DNA of 64,000 bases from contig NC_057719.1 of assembly GCF_004010195.1 (NCBI RefSeq), positions 15,158,974 through 15,222,973 on the forward strand. The letters run 5' to 3'. Under the pieces are notes generated by a model that did not search any database, was not told where the DNA came from, and worked only from the letters and a program-made list of their open reading frames with translations. Position 1 is the stretch's first letter; every line of letters starts with the position of its first letter. Source of the DNA: Chiloscyllium plagiosum (lineage: Eukaryota). The position numbers and the translations under genes were made by a program. Below, piece by piece: positions 38,066-51,555 of the stretch.

Positions 38066-38760
38066 TACAGATTACTTACAGTGTGGAAACAGGCCCTTCG
38101 GCCCAACAAGTCCCGCCGAAGTGCACCCATCCAGACCCATTCTCCTACATTTACCCCTGCACCTAACGCTACGGGCAATTTAGCATGACCAATTCACCTA
38201 ATCAGAGAGGTGGTTAATGTTGAGTTTAGTGATAAATGGTGGAGTGTGTGGTGCAGTGGTAATGTCGCTGAACCACAGCAAATTAATTTGAACTCTAGCC
38301 ACAGATAACTCTGAAACCCTTTTTTGTTGTGGAATTACATATGGTTCACTGATATCCTTTAGGGAAGTAAATGTCCCACTTTACCTGGTATGGCTTTCAA
38401 GTATCTCCAGACCCAAAAGGATGCGTTTGACTCTTAGCAGGCCTCAGTTCAAGCTCGATCGGGGTGGACAACAAAAACAGATGGACAGAACACTGGCTTT
38501 GCTGATAAAAAACAATGAATGTTCCACACGAAAAGTTTCTTCCCTTTTTGTTAGCTCTGGCATACTCAGAACAAACATCAGGAAAGGATTCATAAGCCTT
38601 ATTCCCAACTGTGAAAATTTGCTGTATTGGCTTGCTATGATTCCTACATTCCAACAGTAAGTCAAAAAGTAATGCACTGACTGTGAAACACTTTGAGACA
38701 TCCTTAGGTTGTGAAATGTGATACAGAAATGGAAGATTTTATTTTCTATTACTTGTGACA
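38066..38760. mobile_element. SINE fragments: HE1 tail (-, 38066-38202), family Z (+, ~38240-38420), DeuSINE/L2-type tail (+, ~38600-38745)
   Basis: Motif matches to the families above. Confidence 0.6.
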
Positions 38761-39867
38761 GTGCAGAAGACCCTATTCATAGAGATCCTTGACCAGTCAG
38801 GAACTAGCCTCCATCACTTGGGATACAAAGCATTGGTACTATTGAACTAAATACATCAACAACTTCTCTATTTCATCCTTACAAATTGCACAACTATCTA
38901 CATTTTCATTATATGCAGAATGACACCCATTCAAAGCTGGTAACCTTGGTGCTAATAAGCAGCGAGGGAACCATGAAGGAACAGTAGCCCAATGTCACTC
39001 AGAAACCAAGACAAGATGATGGATAAGTCATTCTAAATCTGGTAGTCACGAGTCAGATATTCTATACTAGCTCACAAAGAATCCTCTCCCTGATTTGTTT
39101 TCTTTTTAAGAGACAGTCATGAGATTTAGTAACATGGACTTTCTTTGCCACAAGGTATGATTTATTGGCAAACAACAGTCTCAGCAAGACTTATATCTGA
39201 TGGCAAGGATTCATACTGTCCACTTAGTTTAGAATTATAAGTCTTTTCAATAGAGATAATCATAACATAATTCTTACATTCTATTCTGATTATTGTTAAG
39301 TGTTTTTGGCTTAGATAGAAAATGTATTTACTGCATTTTGACTTTTTTCGGGCACCTTACCACTATTTTATTCCTTGGTCACAGATTTTACACTGTCAAG
39401 ATCAGTTAATCAATTGAAAACAGACAGGTTGAATTCATCAACTGATGACAGATAGGCTGGACTAATCAATTGAAAACAAATGGTTCTATCTGATTTAGCA
39501 TTCAACCATAAAGTGTTTTGTAACCAAAGAACATCTTTAAAAAAGAAAACAAAGTGATTTAGAATGTCATCCTTCAACATTCTGTCTGGTGTTTGAGACA
39601 GCTGAGACAAATGGGCGTACACCCTCCCTCATGGTTTATAAGGGTTCTTTGAGAGATGTCCAAGTTGGTATGGAGCAAAGGACAAAAGCACTAACAGCTG
39701 AGTATGCTGCAACTCAGCTTGGCTATGGAAGTTATGGAAAAAAGAAAATGCTTTACTGGGATTCATTCAGTTCACTAGAATGATCTCTGGTATGGAGGGA
39801 TTGTCTTACAAGCAAAGATTAAACAGGTTGGGACTCCACTGACTGGAGTTGAGAAAAATGAAAGGTG

Positions 39868-42325
39868 TATTTCACAGGCTCACCACTCTCTTAGTGAAGA
39901 CATTTTTCCTCATTTCAGTCATACAGCACAGAAACAGACCCTTTGGTCCAACTAGTCCATGCTGAACATAATCCCAAACTAAATTAATCCCACCTCCCTG
40001 CCCCTGGACCATTTCCCTCTAAACCTTTCCTATTCACGTACTTGTTGAAATGTCTTTTAAATGTTATAATTGCACCCACATCCACCACTAGCTCAGGGAG
40101 TTCATTCCATGCATGAAGCACACTCTGCATAAAAAAAATTGCCCCATGTCTTTTTTAAAATCTCTCCCCTCTCACCTTAAAAATGTGTCCCCTATTCTCC
40201 TAAATGTTTATCCCTTATCCTTAAATAATGACTCTTGGTTCAGGACTCCCTCCACCATCAGGAACATCCTTCCTGCATCAAACTTGTCTAGTCCTGTTGG
40301 AATTTCATAGCTTCTATAAGATACCCCTCTTATTCTTCTAAACTCCAGCGAATACAAATCCAATCTCTCCTCATATGTCATTCGACCATCCCAGAATCAA
40401 CTTGGTAAACCTTTGCTGCACTCTTTCTGTAGCAAGAACATCCTTCCTCAGATATAGAGACCAAAACTGCATATATTGTTCCATGTGTGGGTTCACCAAT
40501 GCCCTGTATAATTTTAGCAAGACAGTCCTGTTCCTGAACTCGAATCCTCTGGTTGTGAAGGCCAACATGCAGTTTGCCATCTTTACCATCTACTGTACCT
40601 GCTCCTTATTTTCAGCAATTAGTGCATGAGCGCACCCAGGTCTCATTGAACATTCGCTCTCTCAATTTACAGCCATTCAAATAATAATCTGCCTTCTATT
40701 TTTCCTACCAACATTTATCCAGATTACACTGCATTGGCCATGCATTTGCCTATGTACTCAGTCTGTCCAAATCACATTGCAACATCTCTGTACCATCCCC
40801 ATGTGACAATATGGTGGCTTTAAGGGATGTATTTTTGTCATGCTTTTTTCTGAAGAGAGGTTCTAAGCCAAAGGTATAGAGCAGTACACCCGAGCTGCCA
40901 GAGTAAACAGCTTGTGAGGCCTTGCATTTTTTTTTAAGTTGGAACAATTGAAGGAGCCTGAATGGGTGTGGTCAAGCTCCCACAGAACCAGGATTTTTAG
41001 TTTTAGCTTTCAACAGTTGCTGTTGGAGTCTTGAAAAAGTGGAAGCTATTTTTTTCCCTCTCTCTGTTACAGCCAAGAGCTGGGGGAGGGGGCGGGGGGT
41101 TTCCTGCTAGTGGGGTTGCATATGAAACAATCTATTTTCTGAATTTGCCTTTTGCCAAGGGTGCATTTACGGGATATTACTATATTAGAACTGTTAATTA
41201 GCAATTCTTATTGTATCTATTATCCTGATAAGTTTTCCAGCAGAGTTGTTATTCCAATTCTTCCTTTATTGTATTTTAATATAGTGGGCGAGTAAAGTGT
41301 GTTTTGCTTTAAATCCAGTAGTTTGACCAATCGAATTGCATCAGGAATGCAACACCTTACACTTACCTTTAACATAAGAAAAAGTTAAGGTTTAGTCTTC
41401 TGTACATTTGAGGGGGTTTGGTCTGGTCCATAACATTTACAGCTCAATCTTCCAGTTTAGTGTTATCTGCAAATTTGGAGTATTACCACTTAATTCTCTC
41501 ACATAATCATGAACATACATTGTGAATAGCTGGGATTCAGGTACAGATCCCTGCAGTACCCCAATAGTCACTGCCTGCCATTCAGAAAAAGACCCATTTA
41601 TTCCTATTCCAGTAGATTTATCAAGCATGATTTCCTGTTTGTAAACCTATGCTGACTGTGACTGATTCTGCCATTGTTTTCTTGGTGTTATGCTATAAAA
41701 TCCTTGATATTTCACTTTAACATCTTCCCCACTACTGATATCAGACTCATTCATGTATAAGTATTTGTTTTATCTCGACCCCACTTTTTAAATAGTGGGC
41801 TTCCATTACCTACTCTCCGAACTGTAGGAACTGTTCCAGACTTGATGATCAATGCATCCATTATTTCTAGGGCCACTTCCTCAAGTACTCAGGGATGTAG
41901 GTTATCAGCATCTGGAGGTTTATCAGCCTTCAATCCCATCAATTCCTCTAATACCATTTGTCTACTAATACGGACTTCCTTCAAGTTCCTCCCTCTCATT
42001 AAAAACTGTATTCTCCATCATTTCTAGCACATTATTTGTGTCCTCTTTGTGCAAATAGAAGTACAAATTTATTCATCAGGCATTTTTTCTTCCCCATTAT
42101 AAATCCCACCCCCAACCCATTTCTTACTATAAAGGATCTACGTTAGTTTTCATCAATCTTTATCTCTTTACATACCTGTAGAAACTTTTAGTCAGCTTTT
42201 ATGTTCCCTGCAAGCTTATTCTCATACTCTATTTTCCCCTTCTTAATTAATACCTTGATCCTCCTTTGCTGACTTCTAAATTGTTCCCAGTCTTCAGGTC
42301 TATTGTCTTTTCTTGCCAATTCATG
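39868..42325 (-). mobile_element. Old CR1 ORF2 with a nested CR1 tail (~39918-40190) and a nested solo LTR
   Basis: LYRALVNPHMEQYMQFWS, GVLQGSVPESQLFTMYV. Confidence 0.85.
40802..41435 (+). mobile_element. Probable solo LTR inserted in CR1
   Basis: TGTGAC...CATAACA, 634 bp; AGTAAA polyA-like signal ~41291; CR1 is contiguous across it; no exact TSD. Confidence 0.65.
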
Positions 42326-42711
42326 AACTCCCAACATAAGCCACAGTTAGGCAACTGCCCGACAGGAGTATCAGCTATGATCTGACTGAATGGTGGAGCA
42401 GGTTGAAGGGGCTGAACAGCCTTCTTCTCTTTTTGATGGGATAATGTAGCTATTGCTGTAGCACAGTTCCTGAAACTGTATTAAAGTGCATATTGAGTGA
42501 CCAGAATAACAACTTTACCCCATGTCCAATTCACGGAAGGAGCTGACCTGGAAATGCTCGATGCTGATATTGGACATTGACATTCCTTACCTCGGACATA
42601 AATAGCTGATGAAATATAAACATTATTTCAATGATAATGATACATATTAATTGGTACAATTTTAAAGCTGATGTTAGAGGAGACTTGGTATGTTCACATT
42701 TTGGGGGAGGC

Positions 42712-43026
42712 AATTGCCTAATCCAGAGACCCAGGTAATGTTCTGGGGAGCCAGGTTCAAATCCCACCACAGCAGACAGTGGAATTTAAATTCAATAAAA
42801 TAAAAATCTGAAATTAAGAATCTAATGATGACTACAAATCCATTGCTAAAACTCGGAAAATCACGAATGTCCTTCAGGGAAGGAAACTGCCATCCTTAAA
42901 TGGTCTGGCCTGCGTGTGACTCCAGAACCACAGCAATGTTTTTAACTCTTAAATGCCTTCTAGGCAATTAGGGATGGGCAATAAATGCCAATGACACCTA
43001 CATCCTGTAAATTAATAATGAAAAAA
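42712..43026 (+). mobile_element. SINE family Z
   Basis: GGTTCAAATCCC B-box, core and tail. Confidence 0.82.
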
Positions 43027-43059
43027 AGTCATGCACATATCTTTGAAGGAGTCAGCACA

Positions 43060-43775
43060 GGGTGTGAAAACAGTTAACAAAGTAAATGGGATCCTGGACT
43101 TTATAAATGAAGGCATTGGGAAAGCCAGGTAGTTATGCTAAATTATATAAAACACTGGTTCAGTTTCAACTGGAGTGCTGTTTCTAATTCCAGGCACTAT
43201 ACAGAGGTTTTGGATCCTGTACAGAGGAGAATTATTAGAATGGCTCCAGAAATGGGGTATTACAAAATGTGGAAAGTCTGGAGAAACTGCCAATGCTTTT
43301 TTTAGAGAAAGATAAAGGAGATTAGATAGAGGTATTGGCAACCATGAAGAGTTTAAGATATAAAAAATAAAGGATAAAACTTCTTCCAATGGCTACAGTG
43401 TCAAAAACTAAAGGACACGGATGTAAGATGATTGCCAAGTGAGCTAATGGTGGCATGACGAAATATTTGTGTGATTAGGATTAGAGATGCACTGTCTGAT
43501 CTATATTGGATATGGATTCAGCAGTCACCTTCAAATAAATATTTACAGTAAGAGAAATTTGGGGGGTTATGGGGAAAAATGGGGAGTGGGACTAGCTGAA
43601 CTACTCAGAAAAAGAGACAAAAGGCTAAGTGCTGGAAAATGGGATTAGAATAGTTAGATGGTCATTTTGACTGGCATGAACAAATGTGATGGGCTGAAGG
43701 GGCTCTTTCTGGATGTTACATGTCTATGAATATGACTTAAAGGATGAATAGACTTCTTCTGTGCTGTACTATTCA
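43060..43775 (+). mobile_element. Very old CR1 3' region
   Basis: Decayed LYKTLV/LE.CF.F and 3'UTR motifs. Confidence 0.6.
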
Positions 43776-44350
43776 AAGAAATTAAAATACATTACCTGCC
43801 TTGTGCTAGTTTTATACACTTTGTACGCATTTTACACAATTATGCCAACACATTTCAATCCTAATCCAAGTGCATCAGGTGACAATTGTATCATTGATAG
43901 TAATGTGATTGATAGATACAAAAGATGAGACTTTAGCACAATTTAAAAAAAAATTTCTCCTGTTTTCTTCCATTTATCTATATTGTCCAGAAATTGCAGG
44001 GAAGGTCATTGAGAGCTCACAACTCCTGTCATCAATAAAGTGCAAAAAAAAAACCCAATTCTGTAGTAAGAAGGAGCATGTCATTAGTACAAATTTGCCA
44101 CAAATTATTTTAGACAAATAGTTTGCTCCAGTTTTAACCTAGAAAAACAAATAAATGATCATCTTGCTGTGAGCCTCCTAATACTGTGTCAAGAAATTAT
44201 TTGACTTGCAATGTCAAATCCAAGAATCTCACTACCTAAGTTTAGAGTTGGTATTTCATGTTATAAGTATTAACATAACAAGTGGTTAAACAGATAATTG
44301 GGATTGATTGATGAATTAATTGGCTCGGTAGATAGAAGGGTGGAATGAAT

Positions 44351-44735
44351 GGCTCTTGTGGCGCAGTAGTGTCTCTATCGCAGGGCCAGAAAATCTAGGT
44401 TCAAGTCCTGGTTTCCCTAGAGGGGTATAATAGATTTCTGAACAGATTGATTAGAAAAATAGGTTAAATTTCTTAAAAAGCAGACCCAAGGAGCCCAAGG
44501 TGCAGTGGTAATGTCCCCAAACCTGGACTGAGACCCACGTTCAAGTCCCAACTGCTTCAGGGTGTGCAATAACATCCTTGAACCAGTTGATATAAAAAAA
44601 AAATTTAAAATGGTGGGTGGAATGAGAAGGTTCTTGTAGCTGTGTCCTTACCTCTGAGCCAGGAGACTGACGTTCAAGTCCTACCTGCTGCAGAGGTGTG
44701 TAATAACATCTCGGAACAGGTTGATCAGAAAACAT
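44351..44735 (+). mobile_element. Three head-to-tail ~110-nt tRNA-like short SINEs
   Basis: Each has an A-box-like segment, GTTCAAGTCC B-box and GAACAG(A/G)TTGA-like end; starts at ~44351, ~44490, ~44629. Confidence 0.65.
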
Positions 44736-45469
44736 CATAAAGGTGGAATAGGTGGGACTGGTACATGGAAGAAGATGGAAGACTGAGTCCCCAATAAACT
44801 CTCTCCACAAAGTGTCTGGTCTCTGTCCCACTGACTGGCGTGGATACAAACTGACAGTAAAGACCCTGTTAGTGAAGTGATTTGTGATCCTGACATGATA
44901 CTCAAACTTGGGGGCTGAGAAACAATGTTAAAGTTAAAAACAACTCACTCAGCCAGTTAGTAAACTGTCCCCAGAGATATGTTACTAGCATAGATTTTAT
45001 TTTTTCCCTGATTTTTAATTATTTGTTCTTTCTCTTCTTTTTCAAAGTCCAACCAATCTTCTTCCTCTTTCCCTACCTAGTCTGACTCTTAACTCACCAG
45101 ATTTCCTTTCAGATTGTTCATTCAGTTTCTTCATCTTTGCTTAAATTTAATTAGTAATGGAGATGGACTATTTCACCAGAGGTCCCATTGCCCATTAATT
45201 TCATGTCCAATTTTTGTTCCTCGCAATTTGCACCCCAAAAATAATACAAACGAAACAATGAGGAAATAAATCTATTTGAACCATCACAACTTCCAAGTCA
45301 TCATATGTGTTTGTAACGTGCAATGAGTCATCTTCCGATTCTTTTTGTGTATACTGCAGTTTAATGTAAAAAGCATTCTTAATAGAGGAGCATTACTAAA
45401 CTATACTAGTCAGTTCACAAAAATATTAGGTGAAAGAGGAAAGAATGTATTGAGGTGGAGGTGAAGTGA

Positions 45470-45862
45470 GGAAATCCAGGTTGTGGCTTGCCCTGGGTGC
45501 CTGCATGGAGAGAAGACTTAAAGAAGACTTTAATATTTAGTTTGTTTCCTTTATTGTTGCTGTTTTTCTTATTCTGGTTTTGAAATCAAGATGGCGCCAA
45601 TTATGTCAGTGGAGGCAAGATGGTACATAGCATGGGGGCTTCTGTTCCAGCAGCAGCGACATAACAAAAAGGACTTGTGCATTTAACAAGAAGGACTGTA
45701 GAGTTGGACACTTTGTTTCTTCATTTTTCTGCCTTTATAATTGATGTTTTATTTTTCTGTGTTTTAAGATGGCGCCAGAGAGTGGCGACACTATACAACA
45801 TTTTTCACTGTATTTTATAACATATGACAATAAATCTAATCAAATTAAATAAATAAATCAAA
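45470..45862 (+). mobile_element. Non-coding element with Rex1/Babar-type tail
   Basis: AAGATGGCGCCA twice; TTTTCACTGTA...CATATGACAATAAATCTAATCAAAT. Confidence 0.6.
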
Positions 45863-46358
45863 ATTCAAGATCTTTAGACCTAGGCTGCTGAAGGAAATAG
45901 CACCAAACTATGACCAAAGGTGGAGTGATTAAAACTGATGATATGTTTTTGTTTGTTATGGGGCAAGAGCTTCAATGGTAAAGTCAATATTTGTTCATTA
46001 TTCTAGTTGCCCTCGAAAATGTGTTGGTGAGTCGGATGCTCAAACTGCTGCAGTCCACTGGCTTGTACCCACAATGCTATTGCAATAGGAGTTCAGAGAA
46101 TTTGACCCAATGGCAAAGAAACAACAACAATGTACAGCGAAATTGTGATGCCTCAAATTCAGATGGCCCAGAACTCTGGTTGTTTTTAAATCATCAGCCA
46201 TTCCCCTAGCAGACAGCAAATTCCATATGTGGAATGATAAGCCAAAATTCTATACTGGGAACTCAGGACTTGCAAGGTGAATATTTTAGCACAATTTGAC
46301 AAGCAGGCATTCTTTCCAAAAGGCAAAAGAATGAGATTGCCATTCTATTCTGATGTTT

Positions 46359-46967
46359 GATTAGATTAGATTCCCTACAGTATGGAAACAGGCCCTTCGG
46401 CCCAACGAGTCCACACCAACCCTCCGAAGAGTAACCCACCCAGACCCATTCCCCATATTTACCCCTGACTAATGCACCTAACTCAATGGGCAATTTAGCA
46501 TGACCAATCCACCTAACCTGCACATCTTTGGACTGTGGGAGAAAACTGGAACACCCGGAGGAAACCAACACAGACACAGGGAGAACGTGCAAACTCCGTA
46601 TAGACAGTTGGCCAAGGCTGGAATTGAACCTGGGTCCCTTGCACTGTGAGGCAGCAGTACTAACCACCGAGCCACCCATTAGATTTGATTAGATTCCCTA
46701 CAGTGTGGAAACAGGCCCTTCGGCCCAACAAGTCCACACCAACCCTCCAAAGGATAACCCATCTGTCCTCTGACCAATGCAACCAACAACTATGGACAAC
46801 CTAACCTGCACATCTTTGGAATGTGGGAGGAAACTGGAGCAACCGGAGGAAACCCACGCAGACACGGGGAGAATGTGCAAACTCCACACAGACAGTTGCC
46901 CAAGGCTAGAATTGAACCTGGGACCCTGGCGCTGTGAGGCAGCAGTGCTAACCACTTTGCCTTCCCG
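46359..46967 (-). mobile_element. Two tandem HE1 V-SINEs (46359-46677 and ~46680-46967)
   Basis: Both have head, V-domain and tail. Confidence 0.9.
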
Positions 46968-47029
46968 TGATATTGTATAACTCAGAGGGAAATGTACAGC
47001 TGGGCATGCATCTTTGTGCCTGCTGAATA

Positions 47030-47725
47030 AGATTTCAGGATAGTTTCTCAGATCAACATGTTCTGGTACCAGCCAGAGTAGTCTATACCAGAGCTGGCAT
47101 TGACTAATGCGATAAGATTAATTCATGACCACAAGGTAAAAGTACTCCTGAGTGGCAATGATCATAACATGACTGTATTTTCCATGCAGCTCGAAAGAGA
47201 GAAGACTGGGTCTAAAACTAATATTTTAAACTTAAATAAGAGCATGAAAACAGAACTAATAAAAGTGAATTTGAAACTTAGATTGAGGTAAAGGACAATA
47301 GAAACTCATTGACAGACATTTCATGGAATTTTCAAAGGCACAGAAGAGATATTCTCCACAAAAATGGAAATTTCTGAATTCTACACTAGCTGTGGTTAAC
47401 TAAAAAAGTGAAAATAAATTGATCAAATTTGAAAAAAAAATCTAATTCTACATATATATATAAAAGATAGTCTAAAATATTAATGAGAGAAATTAAATTA
47501 CAAGACAAAGTTAGTTTAAAATATAAAGACAATATGAGTTGGTCTATTTTTAAAATAGTTAACAGAGCACTGATCCTGTAGAAAATTGGTCTAGAGAATT
47601 AATAATGGAAAATAAGCAGATGGCAGGTTGGTCTTCACAACAAAAGATTCAAGCAAAATTCTATAAATATCTGTCAATCATGAATTAAATGGGAGGGAGA
47701 AACTTAAGAAAATGTAAATGTCACA
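47030..47725 (+). mobile_element. Very old CR1 ORF2 fragment (APE end and linker)
   Basis: LSGNDHNMTVF...KTNILNLNK. Confidence 0.6.
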
Positions 47726-47993
47726 AAGTTGTCAAAAAAGTGCTTTTGTGGCATGATGGTAGTGGCCATACCTTTTGGTTAGAAGGTATGGATACAAGTT
47801 TGACCTGCCATGGAGATCTATCACAAACATTTCTGATTGGTTGATGATAAACAATAGAGAGACACTAAAGTATCTTGTGGTGTAGTAACAGCATCTTTGC
47901 CTCTGGACCAGAAGGTCTGGGTCCAATACCCAAGTCCTATCTCATGGTGGTGGAGTTATATCATAACATACTGACACAAGAGTAGACCGGACC

Positions 47994-49604
47994 CAAGAAA
48001 TGTCCATCCCTGCCAACATATCTGCTTTGTTTTCCCTCCTAAAAATTAATTGATTTTTTTTTCTGTAATTGGTGGAAAATCCTTTCCCAACTCCTCAATG
48101 TTAACCTGTTTCTAGAAAACATCAATTTGACCACAAATTCAATACCAGGATGTGACGCTTCACTCTGTGAATGAACATGTTTCAAGTGAAGACTGGGTCT
48201 ACTGTCATCCTTCTCCAAATGGCTGTAAGGATATAGCATTCATGACAGCCAAAAGTGAAAACCAACTCCACAGATGTAACTGAAGCCATTCAAACTGATA
48301 CTAATTGAATATACTAACCTACATTGATATTAATAACATTGAAATATCAGTATTTTTGCCAACTGGGCAAAACAGAGGAGAGTTAATTAGACGCACAAGA
48401 ATTTTTCTTCACTAAATCTCTTTGATGGTCCAGCTAACTCTCCTTTTCTACGAGATGCTTTAAAACTCCCTTTTTGATCAAGTGTTGGTCACCTGCCCTA
48501 ATACTTCCTTTTATAACGATGTGCCAAATTTGGCTAAGTAACACTATTGTATAATACATCAGGACATTTTACAACATTAAAGATGAACACAAGTTGTTGC
48601 TGTTCCTACCACCAAGTTTTTCAAACAATGTATTAATTCCCACCTATGAAACAATTAGGAAATATCTAACAATAAAAGCAGCATTTTGAGTGGTCTCACA
48701 ATCCTCCAATTTACAACAAGAATATGCAATTTTCTGTTGGCAAATCTAACTTCTCAATCCATTAATCTAATAGATGAACAGATTATTGCATTAGAATGAA
48801 AATTGCAAAGCACCAGCAATTCACAACCAAATTATTTCACAACTGTGGTAAGAAGATTTAAAGTTTTTTTAAAAAAGAGAGACATGTTGGCTACAACTAA
48901 CAACAGGAAGTTGTTCTCTCCATCTGTAATCTTTTACTGCTTGTTTTCTACATCTGGTCATTTTGTGGTCCTGTTGGAACTCTTGCAACATGCTTAACAA
49001 AAGCAATAATTCTCTCCTGCTCCTCCATATACTAGGACTGTGGTAGTTTATCATTAAAGACTTGGCATTGGCCTGGCCTGGATGGGTTTTGCTCTTATTG
49101 TTACAACATTGATCATGGTCATGTATATGCATAAATATGTACAAACCCCCTGACATCTCAATCCATCAATCTAAGTCAGCCAGACTATTTCAAGCAATTG
49201 TTACCATATGCTCTATCTGTGTCATTCCTATTAAGGCAATTTAATTGGGACAATGAGATGTTTTAAAAATGTTAACACGAGCTTTAGTTACCCTAATTAT
49301 TTTCTGCCCAAACAATGAAATAGAGGCCATCTGAAAGTTCAGGAAATTTATTTCAATCACTTAACTCTTCTCCCACTAAATGGAAACAGAATTTTTGATT
49401 TCAAAAATACATTTAAAAACATAGAAAAATAATGAACAATTTTACAATTCTCCTAGGACTTTCTGGTATTGAATTTGTGGTCAATGTTAGGTTTTCTGGA
49501 AATAGGTTGATATTGGTAAGATGGGAAAGGATCGCAGAAAAATTCAATCAATTTCGAGGAAGGGGAAAAATAGCAGATATGTTGGCAGGGATGGACATTT
49601 CTTG
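47994..49604. repeat. Long inverted repeat, arms 47994-48148 and 49463-49604
   Basis: Exact 33-bp block (47994-48026 / 49572-49604) and exact 22-bp block (48127-48148 / 49463-49484); a 41-bp block has 8 differences. Confidence 0.92.
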
Positions 49605-49861
49605 AACACTTAAGTAAGAGATAACATATCGGGAGGCACAGTGGATAGTATCCCTGCCACTGAGTCTCTGTCCAAGACTTTATGGTAAACTCACAACATA
49701 GCTGAACAAGTTGAGTATCAACTTATAAATGCTTCCACCATATGCAATTAGAAGACAGTAAGAGCTGGAGAGATTCCCAATCAGCCAGGCAGTGAAAAGG
49801 AATTGGAGCCTATACATCCAGCTCCAGGCTAAAAGACTCAGGAAAAACCTGGCTTTTGTTT

Positions 49862-50215
49862 TTATTCTTTCATAAGATGAGGGCGTCATTGGCTAGGCCT
49901 GTATTTATTGCCTATCCCTCATTGCCAAGAAGGCAGTGAAGTGTCAATCTCATCACTGTGGATCCAGACTCACATGTAGGCCAGACCAGATAAGGATGAC
50001 AGTTTCCCTCCCTAGACGACAGTAGTGAACCAGATGGGTTTTTAATGACAATCAACACATGGTCATCATTAGACTTTTAGTTGCAGATTTTTCTTTTTAA
50101 AATTGAATTTAAATTCCACCATCGGCGGTGGTGGGATTCAAACTCAGATCCCAAAACATTACCTGGTGTCTCTGGAATAACAGACCAACGATAACACCAC
50201 TGGGCCATAACCTCC
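49862..50215 (-). mobile_element. SINE family Z
   Basis: Reverse complement of 13430-13780. Confidence 0.85.
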
Positions 50216-50253
50216 CCTAGAAGACTGAGTTAGCTGAGTTAGGTAGATTGGAA

Positions 50254-50387
50254 AATCCTGAAACAAGGGCTTTTGCCTGAAACATCGATTTTCCTGCTCC
50301 TTGGATGGTGCCTGACCTGCTGTGCTTTTCAAGCACCACTCTAATCTTGACTCTGATTTCCAGCATCTGCAGTCCTCACTTTTGCCA
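50254..50387 (+). mobile_element. PLE-type mini-element with degenerate hammerhead
   Basis: CCTGAAACAAGGGCTTTTGCCTGAAACATCG followed by the family-A tail. Confidence 0.78.
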
Positions 50388-51555
50388 AGTTAGATGGATG
50401 GCAAGTGTGGATCAAGTCAGTGCAAACAGCAGGAGGTTCAATCTACATTCTGGCTGGGATAGATTTTGGGATGTGCCTCCTTTCCCAATTCATGGTGAAA
50501 ATTGTATTACAACGGATCAGACTTGCCTTCGGACAGAACAGAGGAAAAGCTGTAATAGTTTGACATTGTGTCTCTAAACACACTGACATGAACATACTTT
50601 TGGAGAAAATGTCATTGTGAATCCATTAATCCCAATTAAGCTGCATATTCTCTTTGCAGAGGTAGTGGAGTGCAATTTAATTCTCCATGGCCCATGTCTG
50701 TATTGTTCAGAAACGAATGTGCTGAAATGAAACAATTATTGGTTTTGCATTATGTCACTTAGTATGGCCCCTGGCACTTCCTGCTTCCTTTCACCAACTC
50801 CTTTCTGTGTAGCTATTAATAGGAGTTCAGCTAGAAAATGTTATGCCAATAGACACAAATGAGATCAACGTTCAAACTGTAGGACCATCACGTGTGAGAG
50901 TTGTGACTTCTAATTATTATGCTTATTTGAGGTCTTTTAAAAGTGAAGATTTTGTAAGGTGAGGCAGGAATACTATAAGAGGATAATACAATTAAGGATC
51001 CTATCATTTCCAGTTCTGAGCAACAAAACCTATTTCATTGAACATAAAGAAGTTGCCCTTACCATGATTATGATACACATTTTCTCCGAACATTGAACAT
51101 GACCATGACATTTATTGTCAAAGGGAAGGAAACATGCATGCTTTAATGTGAAACCTTAAGACACCTGTGGCTACATTCTACCCACCCTCTTCAGTATGAT
51201 TGATGCAACTATTGTGTCAGAATATGATTTAATAATGTTAACTGAGTCCTACATCACAAAAATTGACAGAAACTCCACCAAAGCCATTAATCCCATTGTT
51301 TTCAAGAAATGTGAAATATCCTGACACCTTAATCAGGATTTCCTGCTATGTCCAACCAACTGTGAGGAACAGACAAACTTTGGTGACCTGAACTCCTGGT
51401 TCAGGGATTTAACACAGGAATTAAAATTTAACACTCAAGCAACCAAGTAACTGAGTTACCCTACAGCAATAGATAGGGACAAACATGAAAGGATATAAAA
51501 TAAGTGATACCACGTAATTTATAGATTAATCAGAGGCTTACCATATAGCTAAATA

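Noticed and set aside
39589..39783. Protein-like 64-aa ORF
   Set aside because: No ATG start, no convincing splice signals, and it runs into a CR1 fragment.
48146..48223. Minus-strand exon candidate HLEKDDSRPSLHLKHVHSQSEASHP
   Set aside because: Weak donor (gtattg), no phase-compatible neighbour, unrecognised peptide.
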